Assembly (NCBI GenBank): GCA_013265495.1
Contig: MU058781.1
Coordinates: 8,227,009 to 8,291,008, forward strand
Source: Vicugna vicugna
Lineage: Eukaryota
DNA length: 64,000 nt
Reading direction: 5' to 3'
In this document: in pieces, positions 63,976 through 64,000 of the stretch
Layout: each line of letters starts with the position of its first letter
How positions within the stretch are numbered: the first letter of the stretch is position 1
Program-made: the position numbers and the translations under genes
The notes under the pieces: model-generated
Database searches by the model: none
The model's input: only the letters and a program-made list of their open reading frames with translations
Told to the model about the DNA's origin: nothing

Positions 63976-64000
63976 AAGTGTTCCATCTTCACTGATGCTT

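Larger units (their letters stand above)
42794..64000 (-). other. MBOAT1: Part of MBOAT1 intron 1 (exon 1 outside the window)
   Basis: No exon-1-like peptide (recalled as ...HPLSELLGIPLDQ) or CpG island found upstream of exon 2. Repeat-rich sequence. Confidence 0.8.

Noticed and set aside
1..64000. Prokaryote-style novel system (CRISPR array, operon, defence locus) or intact retroelement ORFs
   Set aside because: The sequence is eukaryotic intron/exon DNA. There are no regularly spaced repeats or gene clusters, and all L1/LTR pieces are truncated and non-coding.

Overview
Mammalian genomic DNA, very probably from a camelid (camel, alpaca or llama), judged from tRNA-Ala-derived Vic-1-like SINEs and artiodactyl-type L1 3' ends. 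The window holds most of one gene, MBOAT1 (lysophospholipid acyltransferase 1), on the minus strand. I traced coding exons 2-13 (42793 down to the TGA at 6244-6246). All introns are GT-AG, splice phases are consistent, and the reading frame is open: 1389 nt, 462 aa plus stop. The catalytic NWN and WHG motifs and a C-terminal KKTD ER-retrieval signal are intact. Exon 1 lies beyond position 64000. The rest is intron, 3' UTR and downstream DNA filled with L1, L2, MIR, MLT1/LTR16 and MER-type repeats plus microsatellites. Nearly all ORF-track entries are spurious. I found no evidence of a wholly new gene system. The best second-look items are a short young L1 insertion with perfect 20-bp TSDs and an apparent 3' transduction, a divergent pair of CTCF motifs, MBOAT2-like residues around the catalytic Asn, non-canonical poly(A) signals, and several intronic enhancer-like motif clusters. 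Exon numbering, repeat-family names and cross-species comparisons are from memory of consensus or reference sequences and need database confirmation; repeat boundaries are approximate.
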